Shown: positions 9,547 to 19,780, numbered from the stretch's first letter. The stretch: 43,160 nucleotides of DNA from an uncultured Deferribacteres bacterium (GCA_964014485.1 CAXHAT010000050.1:1-43160), one strand, 5' to 3'. Made by a program: numbers and translations. The notes: generated from the sequence alone by a model not told the origin.

Positions 9547-10107
9547 TCAAATATTCAGTTTTTTCAAAATCTCATCGACCACTGCTGCAGGCGATTTGTC
9601 TGCGGTGTAAATGACGGATTTTGCGAGTTCGAAAAATGTATTGTCCTTAAAATAAAGCGCGTTTAGATCATCCCGGCCTTTGTTCAATTTTTGACGTTTG
9701 CGCAGGAATTTCAAGGATTGATCGATTTCAGGATAAGGCATAAGCAAGAAGATGTTTTTGAATGGCGAAAGCGCATTGTTGACGCGCTGCTGGTTCGCTC
9801 CGGCTGGCAAAACTGGATGCCCGCCGCCCAATTCGAGCACACCCTCCTGATGATCAGAAAGAAATTGGATGACCGCTTCTTCGAAAAAACTGCGGCGATA
9901 TTCGTAGTAGGGAAATAAGCCTTCAGAATCGGCGAGACGCATGGCATGCGCATGATTATAGCCAAGCGGTCGCGTGTAATCTTGCTCAAGATCGTCCAGC
10001 GAAGTAAATGAACAGCCCAATTTTTTTGCGAGCAACTTTCCGGTCGTCGTTTTGCCGATGCTGACCGGGCCCATGAGAATGATAGTTTCTTTGCCGGACG
10101 GATTCAT
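9547..10107 (-). CDS. Shikimate-kinase-like P-loop kinase
   Basis: GPVSIGKTT P-loop, SLDDL and LELGGG motifs. It is divergent from the operonic aroK at 30674. Confidence 0.7.
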   Translation of the reverse strand: MNPSGKETIILMGPVSIGKTTTGKLLAKKLGCSFTSLDDLEQDYTRPLGYNHAHAMRLADSEGLFPYYEYRRSFFEEAVIQFLSDHQEGVLELGGGHPVLPAGANQQRVNNALSPFKNIFLLMPYPEIDQSLKFLRKRQKLNKGRDDLNALYFKDNTFFELAKSVIYTADKSPAAVVDEILKKLNI

Positions 10108-10121
10108 TTCACAATAGCTTG

Positions 10122-10149
10122 GTAGAGACGCGATGCATCGCGTCTCTAC
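10122..10149. repeat. GTAG-type REP palindrome, copy 1
   Basis: Perfect palindrome GTAGAGACGCGATGCATCGCGTCTCTAC, identical at 16574 and 30073. Confidence 0.9.
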
Positions 10150-13100
10150 GACTGTTTTTTGGGCGGATTAAATGATTTATCCGGATGCGGCGGGGCGGGG
10201 GGGATTTCGACCGGCTTTTTCTTGATTAATTTCTGTAAGTGCGAAATTGCAGCGTCGAGTTGCGCGTCTTGACCTTTAAAAGTCGCGTGCGGCGCATTGT
10301 CAACTTCAATGTCCGGATCAACGCCGTGCCCTTCCACCAGCCATTCGCCTTCAGGGCCGTAAACGCCGATTTCCGCCGCTGTCGCCATGCCGTTGTCGGC
10401 CAACCAGCCGCGCGCCGCCAGCCAGATTTCTCCGCCCCAGGAACGCTTGCCGATAATTTTCCCGAGGCCAAGACGCCGGAAACCGTCGGCGAACGCTTCG
10501 CCGTCCGAAGCGGTTTTTTCATCGATCAACACGACCATGTGACCGTGAAAAGCGTACTGCATGCTCCAATATGGCTTGCCGACGCGGGGCTGCCAGTAGA
10601 ACCAGGGCTTGCGCAAAAGCTTTTCCAAAATCCAACTGTCAATGTTGCCGCCGCGATTGTGCCGCACGTCAATGATCAAGCCGTGACGATTGAAGACCGG
10701 GTAATATCGGCGCACCCACTCCGAATAATTTTCTCCGCGCATCGCGCGTAAATGAACATATCCAAGCGCGCCTTTGCTTTTCTCTTCGACATATTGCAAG
10801 CGCGACTGCTCCCAATCGTCGTAGCGCAAATCGTAGAGCCGCCAGCCGCTCATTGGCTGAACGACGATCTCGCGCGCATCGCCGCCTTTCTCCGGCTTTA
10901 CGCGCAGCAACGCCTGATTTCTTTCCTGATTTTTGAGCAACGGGGGCAAGTGCTTCACTTCCGAAAGCTTGACGCCGTTGACGCTCTCAATAATATCGCC
11001 CTCGCGAACACCCGTTTCCGGACGCTGCAACGGGGAAATTCGCGTCAAATAATCCATGTCGCCGCGATAGATTTTGTCAATGCGGAAACCGCCCGCTTTT
11101 TTGTCCCGTTTTAAAAGTGCGCCAAGCGATGCGGGCGTGACATAGTCATCGCCGGAGCGGAGATCGCCTGCGCGCACAAAAGTATGCAGCGCTGAAACCT
11201 CACCCAGCATTTGACCAAGCAAATCGTTCAACTCGTCACGGTCCGTCACCCGATCCAGCAGGGGAGAGTGTTGGTCGAGCAGCTTTTGCCAATCGACGCC
11301 GTGCATGTTCGGCGCGTAAAAATAATCGCGCTGCATGCGCCAGGCTTCAACAAACATTTGCCGCCACTCTTCGCGCGGATCGATTGTGAAGGACCAATTG
11401 TAAAGATCGACGCGATTCTTGAACACTTTGTCTGAAGATTCAGCGCCGGAATCGCAGACATAGATCAAACGCCCCTTGCGCACGAGCATTTTTTTAAGGT
11501 CGTGCGACAGTTCAAAACTGCGAACGTCTTCCGCGAGCGTTTTAGGCTCAATATCTTTATTCTTTACCTCAAGACTCATGAGTTTTTTCTTGCCGCGGTC
11601 GGAAACGTCATGCTCGATCCAAAGCAGGTGCTTGTTACTCAAGGCCAGGCTGGAATAGTCTCCGGCGACGACGGGAATTTCATAAAGCCTTCCGCCGACA
11701 TCGTCCCAATTGACCGGTTCAGACGGTTTTTCTTCTTGTTTATCTTCCTTGTTCTCCGCCTTGCCATTTTCATTTTTGTCGCCGTTGTTTTCCTTGACTT
11801 CTTCCTTTTTTGCCAAGTGCAGCTCATCGTCTGGAAGAAAGGGGAAACGGTCGCCCTCGTAAAGTGAGAGCGCATAGATTTTGCTGGTTTTTTCGAAATA
11901 CGGCTCCGGCTGCCTCGGCCCCCAAGGGCTCGAAACGACCGATGAAAAATGGCGGTCGGAAAGAAAGCACAACCAGCGCCCGCCCGGGCCCCAGCACGGC
12001 GAATAACTGTCAACCCGGTCACTCGTCACAAAGAAAATTTTGTCGTTTTCAAGGTCGAAAACACCGATGCGGGCGTTCAGGTTTTCCTCCGTTTTCACAA
12101 ACGCGAGCCACTGGCTGTTGGGCGACCAGGCTAAGCCGTAAAAACCATACCGCTGATCGGAGGTTGCGATAACGCGGCTCTCGTTTTTTTCAATCTCGTG
12201 CAGCCAGAGCCTGAGATTTTTGTCGGTGAAGGCGAAATGTTTGCCGTCCGGAGAAATGACGCCGGCATGACGAAAAACGTCAGCGTCTTTGGTCAATTGT
12301 TCGGCTTTGCCGACCCCGTTGGCCGGGAAACGCCAAAACTCGATTTCGCCGCTCTCGTCCGACTGCGCAAGCACGGACTTGCCGTCCGGCAGGAACCTGG
12401 CGTTACGATAGCGCACGCCCCTTTGCGGCACAACGTCCACCGTGCGTCCGTGGCCTGAAGAAGACGGCGTTACGAAAATGCGGCCGCGCGCCGTCAGAAC
12501 AACGCGGTCGCCGTCCGGGGAAATATGCGCTGAAGTCAGGTAGCGCAACGGATCGTTGACCCATTTTTCGCGTCGTTGGTCAAAATCAGAAACGAGCGTA
12601 ATTTCCACGCAGCGACTTTCTCCGCTTTTGAGGTCGAGCAAGTACAGGTCAGCCCCGAGCTGATAAACGACGCGCCCTTTGTGCATCGACGGGGATTTCA
12701 CGTCCCAGCCTTCGTGGAAAGTGTGCTGTTTTAAATCCTTGCCGCTTTCGTCCATCGACCAGAGATTCATGCTTCCGCCTCGGTCGCTGGCAAAAAAAAT
12801 CCGATGTTCGAACCACATCGGATTTCTGCTTGTTCCTGGATAATCTTGCGTTAACGGGAGGGCTTCGTCATCCCCGTCGGAGAAGCGCCAAATTTGCTCA
12901 ACCGAGCCGCCTTTGTAACGTTTGGTGTGACTGCCCTGAAACGGCAGGCGGGTAAAAAAAAACGTCTTGCCGGTTGGGTCAAAAACGCCGTCGCTGGCCT
13001 GGTTGAGCGGAAGCAAAACGGCGTCGTCGGTTTCCGTATCCAGGATTGCCAGTTGCGTGTTCGGCAGCGTCGAATAGTAACGCGTGCTATAAATGATTTT

Positions 13101-13424
13101 GCCCTCGGGCGTCCAGCCGCGCACCAGCGCTTGCTCGCCTTCGTAGGTTCTGCGCGTCGGCAAGCCGCCTGCCGCGGGCATGGTATAGACTTCGGTCGGG
13201 CCTTCATACTCGCCGGAAAACGCGATGGTTTTGCCGTCTGGCGAAACGGCGGCGTACGATTCAAGCCCATGATGGCTTGTTAAGCGAACGGCCTGGCCGC
13301 CTTCAACGCCGGCGCGCCACAAATCCCCCTCAGCAGTAAAAATAATGAAGTCTTCGTGGATGATTGGAAATCGATAGTAGCCTTGGGTCGGAGAGTGTCC
13401 GTTTGCGCCGCCCGCTGGTGTCAT
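10146..13424 (-). CDS. Tricorn protease (peptidase S41)
   Basis: N-terminal propellers (FTAEGDLW, SPDGKTIAF), EWRQMFVEAWR, PDZ, GYVHLRAM, IDVRHNRGG, catalytic ASDGE and EGHGVDPDIEV. Confidence 0.95.
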   Translation of the reverse strand: MTPAGGANGHSPTQGYYRFPIIHEDFIIFTAEGDLWRAGVEGGQAVRLTSHHGLESYAAVSPDGKTIAFSGEYEGPTEVYTMPAAGGLPTRRTYEGEQALVRGWTPEGKIIYSTRYYSTLPNTQLAILDTETDDAVLLPLNQASDGVFDPTGKTFFFTRLPFQGSHTKRYKGGSVEQIWRFSDGDDEALPLTQDYPGTSRNPMWFEHRIFFASDRGGSMNLWSMDESGKDLKQHTFHEGWDVKSPSMHKGRVVYQLGADLYLLDLKSGESRCVEITLVSDFDQRREKWVNDPLRYLTSAHISPDGDRVVLTARGRIFVTPSSSGHGRTVDVVPQRGVRYRNARFLPDGKSVLAQSDESGEIEFWRFPANGVGKAEQLTKDADVFRHAGVISPDGKHFAFTDKNLRLWLHEIEKNESRVIATSDQRYGFYGLAWSPNSQWLAFVKTEENLNARIGVFDLENDKIFFVTSDRVDSYSPCWGPGGRWLCFLSDRHFSSVVSSPWGPRQPEPYFEKTSKIYALSLYEGDRFPFLPDDELHLAKKEEVKENNGDKNENGKAENKEDKQEEKPSEPVNWDDVGGRLYEIPVVAGDYSSLALSNKHLLWIEHDVSDRGKKKLMSLEVKNKDIEPKTLAEDVRSFELSHDLKKMLVRKGRLIYVCDSGAESSDKVFKNRVDLYNWSFTIDPREEWRQMFVEAWRMQRDYFYAPNMHGVDWQKLLDQHSPLLDRVTDRDELNDLLGQMLGEVSALHTFVRAGDLRSGDDYVTPASLGALLKRDKKAGGFRIDKIYRGDMDYLTRISPLQRPETGVREGDIIESVNGVKLSEVKHLPPLLKNQERNQALLRVKPEKGGDAREIVVQPMSGWRLYDLRYDDWEQSRLQYVEEKSKGALGYVHLRAMRGENYSEWVRRYYPVFNRHGLIIDVRHNRGGNIDSWILEKLLRKPWFYWQPRVGKPYWSMQYAFHGHMVVLIDEKTASDGEAFADGFRRLGLGKIIGKRSWGGEIWLAARGWLADNGMATAAEIGVYGPEGEWLVEGHGVDPDIEVDNAPHATFKGQDAQLDAAISHLQKLIKKKPVEIPPAPPHPDKSFNPPKKQS

Positions 13425-13656
13425 TTGCGCCTCCCTACGCAGATTCAGAAGTCGTTGAAGTGACGAGATGTTCGCTCAAAATAAACGCGCCAATATAAGC
13501 GGAAACACAGCTCTCACCTAATAATTTCTGCCGATTTTGCTTGCCGTCGAGTTTGGGCGCGCTACGTTGGCTACTTCTTGTTTCTTCTCTCTGTCTGTCC
13601 CAAATTCCTAGTCTCGCTAACTTTTCCGAATGATCATTATTTGTGGAGCACTCTTA

Positions 13657-15018
13657 ATGCGCACTGGTCGAAAATTGTTGCTCATACTCGCTGTTCTTTC
13701 GGCCGTGTCTTGCGTCGGCGGCGAAGAGAGAAAACTGATCGGATATTATCCTTATTGGATGCGCGGGACGCTGCCGGTCGAGAATATTCAGTTTGAGCAT
13801 TTGACGCACGTTATCCATGCATTCGCCTGGCCGGATGAAGACGGCAATATTGCAGAACCGGAGAATTTCCCTTTTCCAGAACTTATTGACGCTGCGCACG
13901 CCGCTGGACGCAAGGTATTGCTTGGTTTGGGCGGCTATGGGCAATCGGATGCTTTTCCTGGCGTGGTCGCTTCGCCGGAGAAACGCGCCATTTTTATTGA
14001 AAACCTCGAAGCGCTTTTGCTCGCCGAAGAATATGACGGCGTTGACCTCGATTGGGAATTTCCGCGCAATGCGACGGATCGCGCCAACTTGACGCTTTTC
14101 GTTGAAGAACTGCGCGCTGCGTTTGACGCCATCGATCCAGATTGGTTGATTACCATGGCGGTCAATCCCGGCAATTGGGTTGGACAGTGGTTTGATTTCC
14201 CGGCGCTGGTTGAGCACATCAATTGGTTTGGCGAAATGGCCTACGATTTTCACGGCGGCTGGACGGATCACGCTGGGCATAACGCGCCGCTGTACCAGCC
14301 CGCAAATGATTTTGACGGATCGGCGCAAACGGGTCTTTCTTATCTCCACAAAACACGAAAAATCCCGAAATCGAAAATCGTGTTGGGCGTGCCGTTCTAC
14401 GGACGAGAATTTAACGCCGGAGGACTGTACCAAAAGAGCACCGGCGGCGACAAAGCTTACCGGTACAGCGAAATTCTTGGCTTAATAGAAAACGGCTGGC
14501 AAATGCACTGGGATGATTTTTCGAAAGTACCCTGGCTGCTCAATCCGACTGGCGATAAACTGGTGACCTACGACGATCCCATGTCGGTGCAATTAAAATC
14601 AGAATTTGCAATCGCTGAAGAGCTTGCGGGCGTGATGATTTGGTCGCTTGGGCAGGATGTTTTGGCTCGCGGCGAGCAACCATTGCTGCAGCGCATCGGT
14701 GAAACGCTGCAGAATGCAACCACTGTGAATGAAGCGAATGCACCGCTTCCAGACGAATTTTCGCTTTTGCAAAACCATCCCAATCCGTTCAATCCTTCCA
14801 CGACCATCGCTTTTCGTTTGCCAAAGAACGAAAAAATTACGCTAAAGATTTTTGACGCCGTCGGACGAGAAGTTGCGGTGCTTGCTCAAAAGAGGCTTTT
14901 TGCACGCGGGGAACATTCCCTTGAATTTGACGCCAAAGATTTAGCTTCCGGCGTGTACATTTACGTGCTCGAAGCTGATGGACTCAAGCATACAAAGAAG
15001 ATGGTTTTGTTGCGATAA
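13657..15018 (+). CDS. Glycoside hydrolase family 18 (chitinase-like) with a C-terminal secretion sorting domain
   Basis: DGVDLDWEFP (DxxDxDxE), MAYDFHG, GVPFYG, GVMIW, and C-terminal QNHPNPFNPSTTI...SGVYIY...KKMVLLR. The probable start is ATG 13657. Confidence 0.93.
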   Translation: MRTGRKLLLILAVLSAVSCVGGEERKLIGYYPYWMRGTLPVENIQFEHLTHVIHAFAWPDEDGNIAEPENFPFPELIDAAHAAGRKVLLGLGGYGQSDAFPGVVASPEKRAIFIENLEALLLAEEYDGVDLDWEFPRNATDRANLTLFVEELRAAFDAIDPDWLITMAVNPGNWVGQWFDFPALVEHINWFGEMAYDFHGGWTDHAGHNAPLYQPANDFDGSAQTGLSYLHKTRKIPKSKIVLGVPFYGREFNAGGLYQKSTGGDKAYRYSEILGLIENGWQMHWDDFSKVPWLLNPTGDKLVTYDDPMSVQLKSEFAIAEELAGVMIWSLGQDVLARGEQPLLQRIGETLQNATTVNEANAPLPDEFSLLQNHPNPFNPSTTIAFRLPKNEKITLKIFDAVGREVAVLAQKRLFARGEHSLEFDAKDLASGVYIYVLEADGLKHTKKMVLLR

Positions 15019-15031
15019 TATGGGAAGTTTT

Positions 15032-15066
15032 TAACCCTGACAGGGCTCAAAGCCCTGTCAGGGTTA
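15032..15066. repeat. Perfect hairpin (REP-like or terminator) after GH18
   Basis: TAACCCTGACAGGGCT-CAA-AGCCCTGTCAGGGTTA forms a 16-bp stem. Confidence 0.7.
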
Positions 15067-15127
15067 GCTTGTTATTCCAGCGAAATGTTTAACAGATGAT
15101 TATTGGATTTATTTTCGGGAGAGGGTC

Positions 15128-16570
15128 ATGAAATCGAAACTCGTTTTTCTCTTACTCATTGCTTCTACTGCTTTTTGTTATGCGCAAAAAAAGCCCAAAA
15201 TCAACGCCAACAAAAAAGCCGTCATTGCTTCGGTAGACGAAAAATACGCACAACTCACAGCTTTGAGCGACAAGATTTGGGCGCATGCCGAGCTGGCGTT
15301 TCGCGAAACAAAATCCGCCGCTGACTTAATTGCCTACGCCGAGAAAAACGGCCTGCGCGTCACCAAAAACGTTGCCGGAATTCCAACGGCGTTTACTGCC
15401 GAATTTGGAGAAGGAAAACCGGTGATTGGAATCCTTGGTGAATTCGACGCTTTGCCGGGGCTTTCACAAAAAGCGCAGCCGACAAAAGAGCCGGTCGTCG
15501 CCGAAGCGCCGGGACAAGGATGCGGGCACAATATGTTTGGCGTGGCTTCTTTAGGTGCGGCGATTGCGATCAAGGAATTGATAGAAGCCGGTAAATTGAA
15601 AGGCACGGTTCGATTTTACGGTACGCCATCCGAAGAGCGCTTTTTCGGGAAATTGTGGATGATTCGCGAGGGCGCCTTTGAAGACGTGGACATTTGCATG
15701 GATTGGCATCCCGGCGACGAAACCAAGGCCGCTGTGCAAAGCAGCCTCTCGCTGGTCGATTTTATTGTCGAATTTTATGGCGCGACATCGCACGCTTCCG
15801 GCGATCCCTGGCGCGGACGCAGCGCTTCGGACGCTCTGGAATTGTACAGTTCCGGGATCAATTACTATCGCGAGCATGTCAAGCCGACGGTACGGATGCA
15901 CTATCAAATTCAGGATGCAGGTAAAGCTGTGAATATCGTGCCGGATTACGCACGCATCTGGGTGCGCATTCGCGACACCAAGCGCGAAGGCATGACCAAG
16001 GTCTGGAAGCACGTTGAGCGCATGGCGGAAGGCGCGGCGATCATGGCGAACGTCGAACACAAAGTTACGTTGGTTTCCGGCTTGCATGAAATCCTGGTGA
16101 ATCGAACAGGCGGCGCAAGATTGCAAAAGAATTTAGAATACCTGGGCGACATTGAATACACGGAAGAAGAACAAACGTTTGCCAAAAACTTGCAGAAAAC
16201 TTTGGGCAAGGAGCAAGTTGGGATTGCGAGTAAAATTGAGCCTATGGAAGAAACTTTGGAGCACCCCGGCGGCGGCTCAACCGATGCAGGCGACGTAAGT
16301 TGGGTCGTGCCGACCATTCGCCTTTCCGCGACGACGGCTCCGAAAGATACGCCCTGGCATTCGTGGGCGGTGGTGGCGTGCGGCGGCATGTCTATCGGCC
16401 ATAAAGGGATGGGCTACGCCGCGAAAGCGCTGTCAATGACCATGGTGGACTTGTTTGAAGACGCCAAGTTGCGGCAAGCGGTCATCGACGAGTACAAAGA
16501 GCGCAAGGGCGATTACGTCTATAAAGGCATTGTCCCCGACGGCCCGCCGCCGTTGGATTATAAGAATTGA
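15128..16570 (+). CDS. M20 amidohydrolase (AbgB-like)
   Basis: ELAFRE, GEFDALPG, GCGHN, GTPSEE, DWHP, GSTDAGDVSW and PWHSW motifs, plus a signal-like N-terminus. Confidence 0.9.
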   Translation: MKSKLVFLLLIASTAFCYAQKKPKINANKKAVIASVDEKYAQLTALSDKIWAHAELAFRETKSAADLIAYAEKNGLRVTKNVAGIPTAFTAEFGEGKPVIGILGEFDALPGLSQKAQPTKEPVVAEAPGQGCGHNMFGVASLGAAIAIKELIEAGKLKGTVRFYGTPSEERFFGKLWMIREGAFEDVDICMDWHPGDETKAAVQSSLSLVDFIVEFYGATSHASGDPWRGRSASDALELYSSGINYYREHVKPTVRMHYQIQDAGKAVNIVPDYARIWVRIRDTKREGMTKVWKHVERMAEGAAIMANVEHKVTLVSGLHEILVNRTGGARLQKNLEYLGDIEYTEEEQTFAKNLQKTLGKEQVGIASKIEPMEETLEHPGGGSTDAGDVSWVVPTIRLSATTAPKDTPWHSWAVVACGGMSIGHKGMGYAAKALSMTMVDLFEDAKLRQAVIDEYKERKGDYVYKGIVPDGPPPLDYKN

Positions 16571-16573
16571 CTT

Positions 16574-16601
16574 GTAGAGACGCGATGCATCGCGTCTCTA
16601 C
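16574..16601. repeat. GTAG-type REP palindrome, copy 2
   Basis: Same 28-mer as 10122. It lies between convergent genes. Confidence 0.9.
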
Positions 16602-16621
16602 AAACATAAATCCAGAGAACG

Positions 16622-17887
16622 TCAAGAACCTTGCTTGACGTTGTAAGCCATCAAAGCCGTGCCGTGCCGCATGTAAAGGACGCCGTTGCGAATGACGGGA
16701 TGCGACCAATGGGGGCCGCTGCCTTGCGTAATGCGGAATGAACTCACCACTTTAAAATCTTCTGCGCTCGGATCAACCAGCGCGACGTTGCCGCGACGTT
16801 CTTCGTAGCAATACAACATGCCGTCGGCGTAAATGATCGAGCCTTTGGTATTCCAGGTCGTTTCGTAGAGCTTTTCGCCCGTTTTCCAATCGATGCTGCA
16901 CCAGTTGCCTGTGCGGTTGTTGATCCAATTCGCCCCAAAAATTTTGTCGCCGACGCGTACCACGCCGCCGATGTGCGTGTCCAAAGTCGTGTCCGTCCAG
17001 GCGACTGCGACGGAAGAAGCGTCGTCGGCAAGCTTGAACATGGCGCCGACATGGTTGTAACCGCTGGTGACGTAAATGTGGCCGTCTTTGTAAAGCGGCG
17101 TGTTGCAATTAATAAACGGCGCGGCGGGGTGAAACATTGGTCTTTGCACGTCGCTGTACCGGTAGCTCCACAAAATCGAGCCGTTGTCGGGATCAACGCC
17201 GAAAATGTTGTGCGCCAATAAATTAACAATCATCTTTTTGCCGCCGTGTTCAACCAGAATCGGGGAGACGTAGGCTGTCGTGTCATTCAACGACGGACTC
17301 TGCCATGCTAGAGCTCCCGTGCCTTTATTGAATGCCACCATCGTCGTTTTCTCACCGCCCGGGGTGAAAATAACATTGTCGTCGACAATGAGAAGGTTCT
17401 CCGCTACTCCCCAAATGCCTTGCCTGCCGCCAAACATTTCCGTGGCGTTTACCGACCACAGTTTTTTACCTGATTCAGCAACAAAACAAGCTAACGTGCC
17501 TTGGCCGCTGGTGACGTAGACTTTGCCGTCTTTAACAGTTGGCGTGCAGCGTGCCGGCGGATAATCGCCGTCCCAGGCCGGGCCGTAAGCGTGCCGCCAC
17601 AGGACATTGCCTTGTTTGTCGAGGGCCGTGATATAGTCCGTCGTGTCTTTCGTACCGGTGACGAAAATCGCATCGTCGGTAACGGCCGGGGAAGAATACC
17701 CGGCGTCAACTTGGTCGATGCTCCAAAGCAGGGGCGGACCGTCCTCCGGCCATGATTTCAGCAAGTTGGTCTCATTGTAAACGCCGTCGCGATTCGGGCC
17801 GCGCCATTGTGAAAAAGAGTCGGTTTTGGGAGGTTCAAGGAAAGCGAGGCATGAAAGAGCGAGAAGGAGAAAAAGCGCCTTTTTCAT
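16622..17887 (-). CDS. PQQ-binding-like beta-propeller protein (secreted)
   Basis: Signal peptide, QWRGPNRDG, WPEDGPPLLW, GYSSP, repeated DxxTGxxxW motifs, and WSHPVIRNGVLYMR. Confidence 0.88.
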   Translation of the reverse strand: MKKALFLLLALSCLAFLEPPKTDSFSQWRGPNRDGVYNETNLLKSWPEDGPPLLWSIDQVDAGYSSPAVTDDAIFVTGTKDTTDYITALDKQGNVLWRHAYGPAWDGDYPPARCTPTVKDGKVYVTSGQGTLACFVAESGKKLWSVNATEMFGGRQGIWGVAENLLIVDDNVIFTPGGEKTTMVAFNKGTGALAWQSPSLNDTTAYVSPILVEHGGKKMIVNLLAHNIFGVDPDNGSILWSYRYSDVQRPMFHPAAPFINCNTPLYKDGHIYVTSGYNHVGAMFKLADDASSVAVAWTDTTLDTHIGGVVRVGDKIFGANWINNRTGNWCSIDWKTGEKLYETTWNTKGSIIYADGMLYCYEERRGNVALVDPSAEDFKVVSSFRITQGSGPHWSHPVIRNGVLYMRHGTALMAYNVKQGS

Positions 17888-18007
17888 TGTGCATGTCCTT
17901 TGTTTTATTGCGTTTCAAGATTTGAAAGTTAAGGACAAAAGACGCTGTGCAAGTGTTGTAAAAGTAAATATCGAACTCTCTGCTCGACACTCTTCTGTAC
18001 CAAGGGC

Positions 18008-18092
18008 TTTACCACAGAATTTCACGAGTTTTCGAAAATCTCTTGAAGATCAGAAGAAAAAACCGTGAAGTTCTGTGTGACACTGTGGCAAA
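18008..18092. repeat. Imperfect inverted repeat (REP-like)
   Basis: CACAGAATTTCACGAGTTTT pairs with AAAACCGTGAAGTTCTGTG, and the outer TTTACCACAG pairs with CTGTGGCAAA. Confidence 0.5.
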
Positions 18093-18245
18093 AGAAAAGC
18101 GCCAGGCAGTGGAACGTCGCGTCTCGAATCGCAGAGTCTGGCAGAATAAATTCGGATGTAACATAATCGCCTGCGAATGCGTTCATTTTGCCGCCATCGC
18201 TAAAGAATCGTTGCAAAGTATCTCACTGAAGTTGAAGAGTCGTTC

Positions 18246-19424
18246 ATGAAAAAATCAAAAGCGTCTAAGATCATGTTCGCCGTAGTCGTTTTGCTGGCCG
18301 GATTATACGGTTTGGCCTACATGACCACTTCGTCATCGCTTTTATCCCGCATACTGGTCTGGCGCGACGCTGACGTCGATGATTACTTGAGGTTTCCTGC
18401 TCGCACCATTGCAAACGCCCCGCCCCGATTTAATTTTTCCCGCCCTGAGTCACAGGGAGCCTTTTTTGAAAAACTAAACCAACACGCACAACTGCCGAAA
18501 AACGCTGTAGGCGCTGATTTGGCGGAGTTTCTCGCCAAAACGCAAACAATGGCTTTTCTGATCCTCCGCAACGACACTCTGCTAACGGAAGAATACTTCA
18601 ACGGCTACAACGCTGAGTCAATTTGTACATCTTTTTCCATCGCTAAATCAATCACGTCGGTGCTTGTCGGCGTTGCGCTTGAAGAAGGGCGCATTAAAAG
18701 TCTGGAAGACCCGGTCACAAATTACATCCCTGAACTGCTGGAGCAAGACGCGCGATTTCAAGAGATCACATTGCACCATCTGGTGACCATGTCCTCGGGC
18801 CTGCAATACGTCAAAAGCGACAACCCGTTTGTCAGCGACGATCCCAAGACGTACTACGATCCCGACTTGCGCGCCCGTGCGTTGCAGGCCGTCGTTGAAG
18901 GTGCGCCGGGGGAGAAATTTCGCTACAACAATTACAATCCGTTGCTGGTCGGCATGGTGATCGAGCGGGCGACGGGGAAAAGCGTCTCGGAATATCTCTC
19001 CGAAAAAATCTGGCAACCCCTTGGCATGAGCGCACCCGCCACCTGGAGCCTGGACAGCGAAGCGAGCGGCTTCGAGAAAATGGAAAGCGGCGTCAACGCC
19101 AGAGCCATCGATTTCCTGAAATTCGGACGGCTTTTTCTGCACGAGGGCAATTGGAACGGCCGACAGATCATTCCGGCGGACTGGGTGTACGCCTCAACAA
19201 AACCGGATTCGCTGAACGACCCGGCGCGTTTCTATCAATATTTTTGGTGGGTGAACAGAAGCCGTGAACCGGACTACCACTACTACGGCGAAGGCAACAA
19301 AGGGCAGTTTATTTACATAGTCCCGAGTTCAAAAATCATTATCGCGCGCTTCGGCGTTGAGTACGGCCACGCCCGCTGGCCCGCCTATCTTGCTTATCTG
19401 GCTGATGAAATCTCAAAGTTATGA
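18246..19424 (+). CDS. Serine hydrolase (beta-lactamase class C / NylB-like family)
   Basis: SxxK (FSIAKS), LVTMSSG, YxN (FRYNN), IWQPLGM, and GNKGQ. It has an N-terminal membrane anchor. Confidence 0.9.
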   Translation: MKKSKASKIMFAVVVLLAGLYGLAYMTTSSSLLSRILVWRDADVDDYLRFPARTIANAPPRFNFSRPESQGAFFEKLNQHAQLPKNAVGADLAEFLAKTQTMAFLILRNDTLLTEEYFNGYNAESICTSFSIAKSITSVLVGVALEEGRIKSLEDPVTNYIPELLEQDARFQEITLHHLVTMSSGLQYVKSDNPFVSDDPKTYYDPDLRARALQAVVEGAPGEKFRYNNYNPLLVGMVIERATGKSVSEYLSEKIWQPLGMSAPATWSLDSEASGFEKMESGVNARAIDFLKFGRLFLHEGNWNGRQIIPADWVYASTKPDSLNDPARFYQYFWWVNRSREPDYHYYGEGNKGQFIYIVPSSKIIIARFGVEYGHARWPAYLAYLADEISKL

Positions 19425-19434
19425 TTTCGTATAT

Positions 19435-19780
19435 TTGCTACTTGATACTTTTTGTGAACTGCATTTTCGAGTCGGCGAAAGCCTCGTTTTGTCATTCTGA
19501 AGGAATCTTTCTTAGAGCGTATTTGGAAAGTCCCCGTTTTGTCATTCCGTAGGAATCTTTTTGGGTCGCCAGGTATGAACGTTCCGACAGTGGTTGTGGA
19601 AAAGTCTAAAAAAGATGCTTACAGCATGACAATTTAGGACTTTCCAAATATGCTCTTATCGCCCAGTACAGACCATGCCCAAAAGTTCAAGGGTTGGATT
19701 AATAAAGATGCTTCCAGCTTGACAGTTCCGGCCTTTTTCGCCAGTTTTAGAAGCCTATACAAAAAGTGTCACGTAGTAAA
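19435..19780. mobile_element. MITE-like element, family A copy 2, interrupted by a nested element
   Basis: TIRs CTACTTGATACTTTTTGT ... ACAAAAAGTGTCACGTAG. It is collinear with copies 1 and 3 except for a 141-bp insert plus a TTA duplication. Confidence 0.82.
19515..19655. mobile_element. Nested MITE, family B (IS5/PIF-like ends)
   Basis: TIRs GAGCGTATTTGGAAAGTCC / GGACTTTCCAAATATGCTC (18 of 19 match) are flanked by duplicated TTA (19512-14, 19656-58). The empty site GTTATC is seen in copies 1 and 3. Confidence 0.85.
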
